NCBI GenBank assembly: GCA_036263915.1
Contig: DATASD010000005.1
Span: forward strand, 75,059-139,058
From: Candidatus Saccharimonadales bacterium
GTDB taxonomy: Bacteria > Patescibacteriota > Saccharimonadia > Saccharimonadales > UBA4665
Length of the DNA: 64,000 nucleotides
Direction: 5' to 3'
Each line of letters starts with the position of its first letter. Position 1 is the stretch's first letter. Of the stretch, positions 19,116 through 28,667 are shown one piece after another. Made by a program: the position numbers and the translations under genes. Below the pieces are notes generated by a model, which saw only the letters and a program-made list of their open reading frames with translations, was not told the DNA's origin and searched no databases.

Positions 19116-21695
19116 ATGCCAAGTCGTCAATTTTACCAACCACAAGAACGAGGACTGGAGTCGCTCATCAATCCAGTTGTCACCCTTTTTGACTTTGAAG
19201 CCGAGACCATCATTGAGCCTATACCGGAATGGGCAACCGATACCGACGAGGTAACGGTGCCGTGCTTGACGATTCCTACCTCAGTTCCAGATCATAGCGA
19301 AAGCACCCCGCCAAAGGCAGTGATAGAGGTGCAACCTGCCGTGCCTGGGACTCCCGAGGCCCGATCCCGCCGTTTCATGGAAATTGCCAGCTGTTCGCCG
19401 GAAGTAGCAGCAGAACAACGCTCGAAACTAGACGCTGCTGTTGCGAGCGCTTGCGCTACCGCACCAAGCATGCACGACAAGCAATCCATACAACGAGTAG
19501 CCAATATCTTACGCTGGAAATTGTTTGGTAACGTTGGTGACACCTTGCCAGAAGGACTGGTTATTACAGAAGTAAAGGGCGATCCGAGCCTCAGTCTCGA
19601 CACCCGAAAATCATTTACGGCCGAATGTGCAGGCAAAGCCTATCACTCGATTATGTTAGCTGGTGGTATCAGTGCCGAAAACGCAGTTCTTTGGGACATT
19701 GATAAGCGTATGAGCGACTCCGCTACAGAAGTACGGGCGCTTATCAGCGCTACACCAGCGAATGCGTTACTCCGCAGCTTTGATGCACAAGGCCAGCCAC
19801 AAACAAACGAGGTGCCCCTCGACCAAAGACAGCGGGCAATCGAAGAAGAGAAAGTACGCCGTCAAACGTTACAACAGTTCGGCATGGGCGATGACGTTCG
19901 TGTCGAAGATATCCCACGCGGCAGCGCTGTCGACAATGCGCTGCGTCGCGCCTATTGGCGCATTGATAACCAAACGCAGCAAAGGCAAGAACCACAAACA
20001 GAGCAAAGTGCGTTCGACAAAGCTCGCCTGTATTTTGCAGAACGACTTGCCGATGCTTACATCAAAGTACAAAAACAGAAAAATCAAGTGGACGTCCCAA
20101 GTAGACAAGAAGTCATTACTCTTCTGTGCGACACAAAGTTGGGGTCCATGGACAGAGAAGCACGACGCTTGCATACGCGGCTATTAGACTACAAATCATA
20201 CGTCATATATGACGAACTCCAAGAACTATCGCTCGACCCCGATAAGGATCCTTTTGGCTACGCATGTGCTCGCGAGACCTTAAAAGCGGCAACGGACCAG
20301 CTGTTTGTCGGTCTTGACCTAAGCACCTATACTAAATCTCTCGCCTCGATAGAGAGCCAGGCATATAGCAGGGTCGCCTCCGGCATAATGGCTGAGGTGG
20401 GAGACTTTAGAAGGTACCGCCCCGCGGACTGGCTGGTGCAACTCCGCGATCAAATGTTAGATCCACAAGGCGAATATGTCGACCTCGCTACGCTCGAGGA
20501 GGCAGGGAAACATCATCAACACCTTAATGAAGCACCGATGTACGTCAGCCAAGAAGCATTACAAAATGATCTGGCACAGTCTGCTGGCTCTGTGCAGTCA
20601 GGCGGCGTTGCAAGTGCGCGTATTATACAAACCCGAGAAAAGGATACAGGGCTGCCAGCACCCACCGGCCAAGGTGACCTGCAATTGACGCTGCACGACA
20701 AGCAATTTACATATGCCGATCCCGCCATACCCGGTTATACGCTCGTGGGCCGCAGTGGCAATGCGTATGAATTTACCCGTGATGCTACCGACCCGTACGT
20801 GGCAGCCTACATACCAATCAGTGACAACGCTCGACAGACGTTGGCACAAGAGTACAAGAACATCGGCCTCCGCAAGCTCGCAGCGCAGGTTACCAACGGT
20901 CCCACATTCACCGTGGAACAGTTGCGTAGTGCCATTCAAGCCCAGAGCCACTATCCGTTGCCGACCGAAGCTGAACTTGCAAGTGGCACCGGTATGTATA
21001 GCAATAAAATATATTGTATAGGGCTGTCGGACTTTGAGAGTTTTGTAGCCAATGGCAAACTTCATGTGCAATGCACCGGGGCCTCACAATTTCTGAAGTC
21101 CTCACTGCAAACAGCGTTTGACTACCGGAATGTAGGTGTAGCGAACGGGCTTTCGATAGACCCATCTACTACCAACATCAGTGCAGCTGGCCATCAACAA
21201 ACAACGTTTTATCATAATGGAAAGATGTATATTCTGGATGCGACGCCAGGCGTAGCGACCACGCCTCGTAGCGGAGAGGCACCAAATGTACCGAATAACC
21301 TCGTGCAGCAAGTACCAGCACAAGTAGCGAGTATGCGCTCGCTGAATAAACCTCCGAGAACCACCACCGAAGAGCTGCGAGCTATCCGCAGTAATTTTGA
21401 AAGACATCTGCGTATTGCACTCAAAGCGCCGGACACCCAGACGCTTTACGAACGAGTCGCCAAGCTGCCCGAAACCACCGATCCTGTGCGCCGCACGCTG
21501 AGCGTGACCATGCGCGCCAGCAGCGGAGGGGCGGTAACAAAGGCTGAGGCGGATGCTCTCGTGGACTTTCTGGATAGATACAAACAGTTTAGTGCGGCAG
21601 ACCTTCGAAGCTCCGGCCTACCAGTATATGAACGTCAGCTTCTTGACTTGCTGAGCGCAAGCGCGCAAGCTATTGCTCATACAACTTCAGCCTAA
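19116..21695 (+). CDS. paralog 4 of the ~850-aa transglutaminase-like family
   Basis: MPSRQFYQPQE start. Contains VQCTGASQFLKSSL...GHQQTTFYHNGKMYILDATPG and KLPETTDPVRRTL. Confidence 0.85.
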   Translation: MPSRQFYQPQERGLESLINPVVTLFDFEAETIIEPIPEWATDTDEVTVPCLTIPTSVPDHSESTPPKAVIEVQPAVPGTPEARSRRFMEIASCSPEVAAEQRSKLDAAVASACATAPSMHDKQSIQRVANILRWKLFGNVGDTLPEGLVITEVKGDPSLSLDTRKSFTAECAGKAYHSIMLAGGISAENAVLWDIDKRMSDSATEVRALISATPANALLRSFDAQGQPQTNEVPLDQRQRAIEEEKVRRQTLQQFGMGDDVRVEDIPRGSAVDNALRRAYWRIDNQTQQRQEPQTEQSAFDKARLYFAERLADAYIKVQKQKNQVDVPSRQEVITLLCDTKLGSMDREARRLHTRLLDYKSYVIYDELQELSLDPDKDPFGYACARETLKAATDQLFVGLDLSTYTKSLASIESQAYSRVASGIMAEVGDFRRYRPADWLVQLRDQMLDPQGEYVDLATLEEAGKHHQHLNEAPMYVSQEALQNDLAQSAGSVQSGGVASARIIQTREKDTGLPAPTGQGDLQLTLHDKQFTYADPAIPGYTLVGRSGNAYEFTRDATDPYVAAYIPISDNARQTLAQEYKNIGLRKLAAQVTNGPTFTVEQLRSAIQAQSHYPLPTEAELASGTGMYSNKIYCIGLSDFESFVANGKLHVQCTGASQFLKSSLQTAFDYRNVGVANGLSIDPSTTNISAAGHQQTTFYHNGKMYILDATPGVATTPRSGEAPNVPNNLVQQVPAQVASMRSLNKPPRTTTEELRAIRSNFERHLRIALKAPDTQTLYERVAKLPETTDPVRRTLSVTMRASSGGAVTKAEADALVDFLDRYKQFSAADLRSSGLPVYERQLLDLLSASAQAIAHTTSA

Positions 21696-21706
21696 CCAGG
21701 ATTTAT

Positions 21707-24274
21707 ATGCCCAGCCGCGAGTTTTTCCAATCACCAGAACAACCACCGGAAATCTTCTCATTGCCGGTAGATGTTCATATAGATGCAGAGTCTACTGCTA
21801 TCACTGAGCCTGTATCCGCCCCGACGGACACGGGCAATATGTCTTATTACGGGCCGCTAGTAGGTGCGGAAATTGATGACCCGCTGCCAGAAGCACCCAG
21901 TACTCAAGAGAACCCGCCGCCAACAGAGACGCCAGAGCAGACTGAGGTGCCCGAAATACCTCCAACTGCCGAGGCCAGGCAGCAGCGTTTTACAGAAATC
22001 ATGAGTTGCTCACCAGAGTTCGCTGCCAAGCATCTTCCTGAATTTGATAAGGTGGTCGAAACAACGATGCAGACTGCTCCCGGGCCACACGAAAAGCAGT
22101 CTATCCAACGAGTAGCCGGTATTCTCCGCTGGTACTATTTTGGCAAGCCTGGTGATCAACTGCCAGAAGGCTTGGTCATCACAGAGCATGACGACATGCG
22201 GCAGCCAACTTTTGATGCCCGGAAACTTTTTACCGAAAGGTGCGCCGAGGAGGCGTACAGACAACTCGGCAACGACATGCGATCAATACTAAGCGCAGTG
22301 ACACGGCACGTTGCGGTGCGCGGTGAAGAAGCGCGTTCCGAAGTGCACGCCATAGTCAACGACAATCCCGGCAATGCCTTACTTCGTAGTTTTGATGCAC
22401 ACGACCAGCCGAACACCGCAGAGACGCCACTCAGCCAGCAAGAACGTGCAATCGAAGAAGGAAAAGTACGGCGTGCCATTATGACGAGATTCGGCATGAA
22501 CGACACAACGCCAGAAGGGGAAATCACCCGCGGTGGGGCAGTCGATAGCGCGCTGCGGCGTGCTTATTGGCGTATCGATGACGAAACGAGCCAGCACCCG
22601 GAACCTCAAAAACAGGATGCTTTTGCCAAGGCAAAGAGCTACTTTGCCGAGCGCCTTGTAATGGCACGCAACGAATTTCGACAAGGCATAGACCTACCCC
22701 CACTTGACCCCAAGCGCGCATATGACATTTTAGTCAACTATGACGCTACCTCGCTCAAGGGTTACGATGAGGATTTACGTCGAGAACTTCTGGGTTCTAT
22801 ATTGGAGGTCGCGACATCAGAATGCGACATACTTACTGATCCGAACAGGACGCTCGAGCGCGAAAGCACTCTTGTGACACTCGACGAGGGCCTACGAAAA
22901 ATTTTTAGCTCTGACCGCCCTGATTCATACGATGCGCTCTTGGGTTCAGTCGAAGACCACGCTACGGGTGTACTATTATATCAATCACGGCCTACGCCTG
23001 AACTATATGCGTACACTATAAGCTACGCGCGCCCACGCCACCAACTACTTGCACCCGAAGGAGAGTATGTACCCGTGGAAACACTCGCAGAAGCAACAAA
23101 TAGCCATGAGCATATTAGCACATGCGCCCAATACCATGGCTCTGCGGAAATAGAGAAATCCAGACAAGCATACGTGGGGGCCGTACATCGCGGCAGCGTG
23201 CCGGATCAGCGGATTATACGAACCAAAGAAGTCGATCCGACTCTTCCTGAAAATACACCAGGTGATCTTACCCTTCTTTTAACAGATGAGCAGTTTACAT
23301 ACGCCGATCCGTACATACCAGGATATACACTTGTGAGCCGCGAGACCGATGCCTATACTTTTACGCGCGATTCGGAGGATCCGTACGTGGCCGCGAACGT
23401 GCCAATTGAAGATTGGGCGAAACGAAGCTTAGCCGCAGAGTACCAACGGATCGGCCTCAGTGACCTTGCAGCGAAACTTACGCAGGCCTCTTCGCTCACC
23501 GTGGAACAACTGCGGTCGTACGTCGAATCAGAAAGTGATTATTACATACCGGACCGCACCGGAGTGGATGCGAACGGCAATCGTATCGAGGTAGACGATA
23601 CGAGGCTTTCCGGTTTTAAGGGCGTTGTTCGGAATGGCAAGCTCCTAGCGCAATGCAGCGGTGCTGCCAGTTTCTTGAAGTTGTCGCTCGAAAGAGCGTT
23701 CGGCGAAGGAAATGCACATGTAGTAAATGGGTTGTCCATTAACCGTTCGACACGAGTCATTGACAAAGCAGGACACCAACAGACCTCGTTTATTCATGAT
23801 GGGCGCATGTACATCCTTGATGCGACCCCTGGCGGCAGCACTTTTCCCCAGCAGGGCCAAGCGCCACGAGTACAAGAGCACTTAGCACGTCAGGTACCAC
23901 AGGAAACTGGTGAATTACAAATGCAACCACTCGTAGAACCGGCGAAGCCAAAAGAAGAGCAGCTACGTGCCACAAGGGTAAATTTTGAGCAACAACTCAG
24001 TGTGGCCCTTGGCGCTCCCGACCAGCAGGCGCTTTACGAACGAGTCGCCAAGCTGCCCGAAGCCACCGATCCCGTGCGCCGCACCATGACGCTTGCTATG
24101 CAAGCTACCACTGGTAGTGCACGTAAAGCAGATGCCGAAACACTGCATACGTTTCTCAAGAATTATAGTGAGAAGGGCGCGGCCGAGCTCAAAACGATGG
24201 GCCTTCCTGCGTACGACAGTGGCATGCTGACCATGCTCGCAGGCACGGTACAGCGCATCGCCGAAAACCTTTAA
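21707..24274 (+). CDS. paralog 5 of the ~850-aa transglutaminase-like family
   Basis: MPSREFFQSPE start. Contains AQCSGAASFLKLSL...GHQQTSFIHDGRMYILDATPG and KLPEATDPVRRTM. Confidence 0.85.
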   Translation: MPSREFFQSPEQPPEIFSLPVDVHIDAESTAITEPVSAPTDTGNMSYYGPLVGAEIDDPLPEAPSTQENPPPTETPEQTEVPEIPPTAEARQQRFTEIMSCSPEFAAKHLPEFDKVVETTMQTAPGPHEKQSIQRVAGILRWYYFGKPGDQLPEGLVITEHDDMRQPTFDARKLFTERCAEEAYRQLGNDMRSILSAVTRHVAVRGEEARSEVHAIVNDNPGNALLRSFDAHDQPNTAETPLSQQERAIEEGKVRRAIMTRFGMNDTTPEGEITRGGAVDSALRRAYWRIDDETSQHPEPQKQDAFAKAKSYFAERLVMARNEFRQGIDLPPLDPKRAYDILVNYDATSLKGYDEDLRRELLGSILEVATSECDILTDPNRTLERESTLVTLDEGLRKIFSSDRPDSYDALLGSVEDHATGVLLYQSRPTPELYAYTISYARPRHQLLAPEGEYVPVETLAEATNSHEHISTCAQYHGSAEIEKSRQAYVGAVHRGSVPDQRIIRTKEVDPTLPENTPGDLTLLLTDEQFTYADPYIPGYTLVSRETDAYTFTRDSEDPYVAANVPIEDWAKRSLAAEYQRIGLSDLAAKLTQASSLTVEQLRSYVESESDYYIPDRTGVDANGNRIEVDDTRLSGFKGVVRNGKLLAQCSGAASFLKLSLERAFGEGNAHVVNGLSINRSTRVIDKAGHQQTSFIHDGRMYILDATPGGSTFPQQGQAPRVQEHLARQVPQETGELQMQPLVEPAKPKEEQLRATRVNFEQQLSVALGAPDQQALYERVAKLPEATDPVRRTMTLAMQATTGSARKADAETLHTFLKNYSEKGAAELKTMGLPAYDSGMLTMLAGTVQRIAENL

Positions 24275-24296
24275 GTAATGTAGAATTGTCTACATA

Positions 24297-24326
24297 TTGA
24301 CAAGGGGTGGCGAAAGCTGCTACACT
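24297..24326 (+). promoter_or_regulatory. sigma70-like promoter for the rplC-led operon (TTGACA-N18-TACACT)
   Basis: TTGACA at 24297-24302, an 18-nt spacer, TACACT at 24321-24326, about 160 nt upstream of rplC. Confidence 0.55.
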
Positions 24327-24393
24327 GTAACGGTATAACAAATTCCTGTACTTGGTGATTTGAGTAGGTCTTGTCTGTAACAGATAGGAAACC

Positions 24394-24413
24394 GCTCGGA
24401 GCCGAGCATTTTT
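24394..24413 (+). promoter_or_regulatory. short hairpin plus T-run in the rplC leader (possible attenuator)
   Basis: GCTCG-GAGC-CGAGC (5-bp stem) followed by ATTTTT, between the predicted promoter and rplC. Confidence 0.3.
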
Positions 24414-24486
24414 GTGTCATAGGCATAAAATTTCGAGGCGGCGGGATAAGTACATGCAGGCGACCAAGCGCCAGCACGGAGACACT

Positions 24487-25104
24487 ATGAAAGCATTAAT
24501 CACTCGAAAGGTCGGCATGACGAGTACCATCGCAGAAGACGGTACCGTGCAAGCTGTTACCTTGCTTTCCGCTAGTCCCTGCGTTATCACGCAGGTCAAA
24601 ACCGACGAAACCGACGGCTACAAAGCTGTGCAGGTGGGTTTTGAGGAAGCGAAACAACAAAACGTTGCAAAGGCCCAACAAGGTCACTTTAAGGACGCCG
24701 GTAAGCTCCCGAAGATTATTCGTGAGTTCCGCGTAGACGAAGTTACTGAAGACCTCAAGGTTGGCGAAACGATTAACCCAGAGGTCTTTTCAATTGGCGA
24801 CGAAATCGACGCAACCGGCACCTCGAAGGGTAAAGGTTGGGCTGGTACCATCAAACGCCACAACTTCCACCGCGGTCGTAAAACGCACGGTGGTCGCAGC
24901 TACCGCCGCCCAGGTTCGATCGGTTCGATGTATCCCCAACACATTTTTAAAGGTAAAAAGATGGCCGGTCAGATGGGTCACGAGCAAGTAACCGTCAAAA
25001 ACTTGAAGGTTGCTTTGATCGACACTGACCTCGGCGTCATCGGCGTAACTGGTGCGGTCCCTGGCCCGCGCAAGGGTATTGTCATCATTAAGGAGGCCAA
25101 ATAA
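24487..25104 (+). CDS. rplC: 50S ribosomal protein L3
   Basis: MKALITRKVGMTSTI...GKGWAGTIKRHNFHRG..THG. The ATG at 24487 has a GGAG RBS. The track ORF start at 24412 is an upstream extension. Confidence 0.96.
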   Translation: MKALITRKVGMTSTIAEDGTVQAVTLLSASPCVITQVKTDETDGYKAVQVGFEEAKQQNVAKAQQGHFKDAGKLPKIIREFRVDEVTEDLKVGETINPEVFSIGDEIDATGTSKGKGWAGTIKRHNFHRGRKTHGGRSYRRPGSIGSMYPQHIFKGKKMAGQMGHEQVTVKNLKVALIDTDLGVIGVTGAVPGPRKGIVIIKEAK

Positions 25105-25742
25105 TGGCTGTCGCAACTTATACGAAGAGCGGCACAAAAGCTACGGCTGCTGCAAAGCTCGACAAGTCCGTCTTTGGCGTGATGCCCGAGAACCACGACT
25201 TGCTCAAACACGCTTACGTTGCCTACCTGGCAAACGGCCGCGAAAACCTGGCTGTTACCAAAACCCGTGGCTTGGTTCGCGGTGGTGGTAAAAAACCATG
25301 GAAGCAAAAGGGTACCGGTCGCGCACGCTTCGGTTCAACCCGTAACCCAATTTGGCGCGGTGGTGGTATCGCCTTTGGTCCAACCGGTCTCGAAAACTAC
25401 AGTCACAAGCTGCATCTAACTGCCAAGCGCCTGGCTATTCGCCAAGCCTTGAGCATGGCTGCCGATGAAGGTCGCATCAAAGTCATTGAAAACTTCGAGA
25501 ATAAGGACGGCAAAGTTGCAAAGACAACTGCATTCCTAAAGAAGATCGAGGCGACCGGCTCAGTACTGCTTGTACTTGAGCACAAAGACGACATGACTAA
25601 TCGTGCTATCGGCAACTTGCCAAAAGTCAAAGCTGTTCAGGCAACGTATTTGAACGTGTACGACGTTATGAACGCCGACACCATCGTCATGACTCAAAAA
25701 GCGCTGGACATGGTCCACGAATGGCTCGGAGGTACAAAATAA
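25104..25742 (+). CDS. rplD: 50S ribosomal protein L4
   Basis: TKTRGLVRGGGKKPWKQKGTGRARFGSTRNPIWRGGG. Confidence 0.96.
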   Translation: MAVATYTKSGTKATAAAKLDKSVFGVMPENHDLLKHAYVAYLANGRENLAVTKTRGLVRGGGKKPWKQKGTGRARFGSTRNPIWRGGGIAFGPTGLENYSHKLHLTAKRLAIRQALSMAADEGRIKVIENFENKDGKVAKTTAFLKKIEATGSVLLVLEHKDDMTNRAIGNLPKVKAVQATYLNVYDVMNADTIVMTQKALDMVHEWLGGTK

Positions 25743-26101
25743 TGGACAAAACTATGGTCCTCAAGCCTCGCATGAGCGAGAAAACCTATGGTCTGGCCGC
25801 CACTGGCCACGTCTACACGTTCGACGTCCCGAGTGACGCTACCAAGCACACCGTCGCCCGCGCTGTTGCAGCACAGTTCGACGTAACACCAGTGGAAGTT
25901 AACATCATCAACGTCAAAGGCAAACCAAAGCGCTCTGTCCGCAAGGGTGGTCGCGCAATGACTGGTAGGCGCTCAGACGTTAAGAAGGCATACGTCACTC
26001 TCAAAGAAGGTGATCGCCTGCCATTCTTCGATCGAGTAGAAGAAGCCGAAAAGAAAGCCGCCGACGCTGAAAAGAAGGCTGACAAGAAGGAGAAGAAATA
26101 A
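25742..26101 (+). CDS. rplW: 50S ribosomal protein L23 (Lys-rich C-terminal tail)
   Basis: MDKTMVLKPRMSEKTY... The ATG at 25742 overlaps the rplD stop (TAATG). Confidence 0.93.
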   Translation: MDKTMVLKPRMSEKTYGLAATGHVYTFDVPSDATKHTVARAVAAQFDVTPVEVNIINVKGKPKRSVRKGGRAMTGRRSDVKKAYVTLKEGDRLPFFDRVEEAEKKAADAEKKADKKEKK

Positions 26102-26937
26102 TGGCAATTCAAGCATACAAGCCGACCACTCCTGGTCGCCGCGGAATGACCAGCCAGGACACGGCTGCAATTACTACGAAGAAACCATTGCGCTCACTGC
26201 TTGTTACCAAGCGCCGCACCAATGGCCGTAACAACCAGGGTCGCATTACCACTCGTCACCGCGGTGGTGGTGCACGCAAATTCTACCGCTTGGTAGATTT
26301 CAAGCTCGAGCCAGGTTTGACCGCAACGATTGAGCACATCGAGTACGACCCGAATCGCTCAGCTCGTATCGCACGCATCAAAGACAACAACGGCACCTAT
26401 CACTACATTCTGGCTGCTGCCGGCATGCAAGTTGGTGCAACAATCACCAGCGGTGAAGAAGTTGCCATCGAAACCGGCAATCGCTTGCCGCTCAAGAGCA
26501 TCCCTGTAGGTAGTTTGATCCACGCCATCGAAATGCAGCCCGGCCGCGGTGCTCAAATGGTACGTAGTGCTGGAAACAGCGCTCAGCTGATGGCAAAAGA
26601 AGGTGACTATGGTCAGGTTCGCCTGCCAAGTGGCGAAGTTCGCCTCGTAAATCTCGAGTGCACGGCAAGCATTGGTGTTATCGGCAACGAACAGCACCAA
26701 AACATCAAGATTGGTAAGGCTGGTCGTAACCGCCATCTAGGTAAGCGTCCGTCTGTTCGTGGTGTTGTTATGAACGCCGTTGACCACCCACACGGTGGTG
26801 GTGACGGTGGCCGTCACCGCATGGCTAAAGCACCTCGTACGCCTTGGGGTCAAAAGACCTTGGGTTACAAGACTCGCCGCCGCAAATCAACTGAACAGTT
26901 TATTGTAAGAAGCCGTCACGCGGCCAAGAGAAAGTAA
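26101..26937 (+). CDS. rplB: 50S ribosomal protein L2
   Basis: GRNNQGRITTRHRGGG, MNAVDHPHGGGDG. Confidence 0.97.
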   Translation: MAIQAYKPTTPGRRGMTSQDTAAITTKKPLRSLLVTKRRTNGRNNQGRITTRHRGGGARKFYRLVDFKLEPGLTATIEHIEYDPNRSARIARIKDNNGTYHYILAAAGMQVGATITSGEEVAIETGNRLPLKSIPVGSLIHAIEMQPGRGAQMVRSAGNSAQLMAKEGDYGQVRLPSGEVRLVNLECTASIGVIGNEQHQNIKIGKAGRNRHLGKRPSVRGVVMNAVDHPHGGGDGGRHRMAKAPRTPWGQKTLGYKTRRRKSTEQFIVRSRHAAKRK

Positions 26938-26951
26938 GGTAGGTAGGATAT

Positions 26952-27227
26952 ATGAGTCGTTCACTGAAAAAAGGACCATTTATCGACCCAAAGCTTACTA
27001 AAAAAGTAAGCAACTTGGGCGCCGAAGACCGCACGATTATCAAGACGTGGGCTCGTTCGAGCACTATCGCACCTGAATTCGTTGGCCGTACCTTTGCCGT
27101 TCATAACGGCAAGGTCCACGTGCCAGTCTTCGTCACCGAGAACATGGTCGGTCACAAACTTGGTGAATTTTCACCAACCCGCAAATTCCGCAGCCACGGT
27201 GGTAAGCTGGCGAAAGGTAAGAAGTAG
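26952..27227 (+). CDS. rpsS: 30S ribosomal protein S19
   Basis: [15 protein letters not shown]...[26 protein letters not shown]. Confidence 0.97.
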   Translation: MSRSLKKGPFIDPKLTKKVSNLGAEDRTIIKTWARSSTIAPEFVGRTFAVHNGKVHVPVFVTENMVGHKLGEFSPTRKFRSHGGKLAKGKK

Positions 27228-27235
27228 GTAAAGCT

Positions 27236-27619
27236 ATGGCAGTACAAGCAATCGCAAAAGGAGTTCGCATGAGCCCACGCAAAGTCAGCGTGGTAGCAGC
27301 TCTGGTTCGCGGCCGCACCGTTGCCGATGCTCTGACTATTCTTGAGCACACCCAACGCCGCACCGCAACTCCGGTAAAGAAAGTTATTGAAAGTGCACGC
27401 GCAAACGCTGATCACAACCACAGTCTGAAGCCAGATACGCTGCAGATTGTCGAGATCAGTGTTACGCCAGGGCCACGGCTCAAGCGCTACCGCCCGGCTT
27501 CACACGGCCGCGCCTTGCCATTTCAACGCCGCACTTCGCACATTCGTGTTGTTGTCGACGGCGAGGCTCGCGCTCCCAAGAAGCCAGCCGCCAAAAAGGC
27601 CGAGAAGGAGGCAAAATAA
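27236..27619 (+). CDS. rplV: 50S ribosomal protein L22
   Basis: RMSPRKVSVVAALVRGRTVADALTILE...PGPRLKR.RP...GRA. Confidence 0.95.
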   Translation: MAVQAIAKGVRMSPRKVSVVAALVRGRTVADALTILEHTQRRTATPVKKVIESARANADHNHSLKPDTLQIVEISVTPGPRLKRYRPASHGRALPFQRRTSHIRVVVDGEARAPKKPAAKKAEKEAK

Positions 27620-28251
27620 TGGGCCAAAAAGTTAATCCAATTAGCATGCGCCTCCAGGTCAATAAGGACTGGCGGAGCAAGTGGTTTGTTGGCAAGCGAG
27701 AGTACGCAAAGTACTTGGCCGACGACCTTGCAGTGCGCCGCATGATCCAAAAGAAACTTGGTTCGCGTGCTGCAATCAACAAAGTTGACATCGAGCGTTC
27801 ACCTAACCTCGTTACTGTTACGATCACCACTGCGAAAGCTGGTGTAGTTATCGGTCGCGGTGGTTCGGGTGCACAAGAGCTGAAGGCTACCATCGAGAAA
27901 ATCTACGGCATACAAACCCGTGTTAACATCGAAGAAATCAAAAAGCCTGAGCTCTACGCAAAATTGGTGGCCGAGAACATCGCCCACCAATTGGAGCGTC
28001 GCATGAATTTCCGTCGCGCCATCAAGAGTGGTGCTGCCGCAACAATGCGCGCTGGTGCTCGAGGTATTCGTATCGAGGTCGCCGGTCGTTTGAACGGTGC
28101 TGAAATGTCTCGTCGCGAAAAAGAAGTGCAAGGTTCTGTACCTTTGCACACCTTGCGCGCTGATATTGATTACGCATCGGTTCGCGCTATGTGGCCTGGT
28201 GCCGGTATCATCGGCATCAAGGTTTGGATTTACAAAGGGGAGGTAGCATAA
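27619..28251 (+). CDS. rpsC: 30S ribosomal protein S3
   Basis: [23 protein letters not shown]...[12 protein letters not shown]. Confidence 0.97.
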   Translation: MGQKVNPISMRLQVNKDWRSKWFVGKREYAKYLADDLAVRRMIQKKLGSRAAINKVDIERSPNLVTVTITTAKAGVVIGRGGSGAQELKATIEKIYGIQTRVNIEEIKKPELYAKLVAENIAHQLERRMNFRRAIKSGAAATMRAGARGIRIEVAGRLNGAEMSRREKEVQGSVPLHTLRADIDYASVRAMWPGAGIIGIKVWIYKGEVA

Positions 28252-28252
28252 C

Positions 28253-28666
28253 ATGTTAGTTCCTAAGCGTACGAAGTTCCGCAAGGTCCGCAAAGGCCGC
28301 ATCCGTGGCGTTGCAACCAGCGGTAACTACATTGCATTCGGTGAATACGCATTGCAATGCCAAAGCCATGAGCGCATCACCAGCCGCCAAATCGAGTCTG
28401 CTCGTCAGGCAATGACCCGTTACATCAAGCGTGGTGGCAAAATCTGGATCCGCATTTTCCCGCACACCCCAGTTACCAAAAAGCCACTTGACGTAAAGAT
28501 GGGTAGCGGTAAAGGTAACCCTGAATACTTCGCTGCAAAGGTTCGCCCTGGCACGATCATGTTTGAAATGCAAGGTGTGAGCGAAGAGACCGCCCGCGAA
28601 GCGATGCGTCTCGCTGCTCACAAGCTGCCGGTTAAAACTAAATTCTTGGTGAAGGAGGAGGCGTAA
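28253..28666 (+). CDS. rplP: 50S ribosomal protein L16
   Basis: [19 protein letters not shown]...[12 protein letters not shown]. Confidence 0.97.
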   Translation: MLVPKRTKFRKVRKGRIRGVATSGNYIAFGEYALQCQSHERITSRQIESARQAMTRYIKRGGKIWIRIFPHTPVTKKPLDVKMGSGKGNPEYFAAKVRPGTIMFEMQGVSEETAREAMRLAAHKLPVKTKFLVKEEA

Positions 28667-28667
28667 T

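Larger units (their letters stand above)
11398..24274 (+). repeat. tandem array of five full-length paralogous genes (unit ~2.55 kb)
   Basis: Five consecutive same-strand ORFs of 846/854/857/859/855 aa (track lengths) with collinear conserved blocks. Gaps are -1 to 56 nt. Copies 3 and 4 share a 33-nt identical run (17297-17329 = 19890-19922). Copies 3 and 5 share a 28-nt identical run (18855-18882 = 24045-24072). Confidence 0.9.

Noticed and set aside
11398-24274. The possibility that the five paralogs are an assembly artefact (a collapsed or expanded repeat), or that some are pseudogenes
   Set aside because: The copies are clearly diverged from each other at both nucleotide and protein level, with only short identical runs. 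Each has a unique N-terminus and central segment, and all frames are intact with conserved motif residues. Copy number should still be confirmed with long reads.
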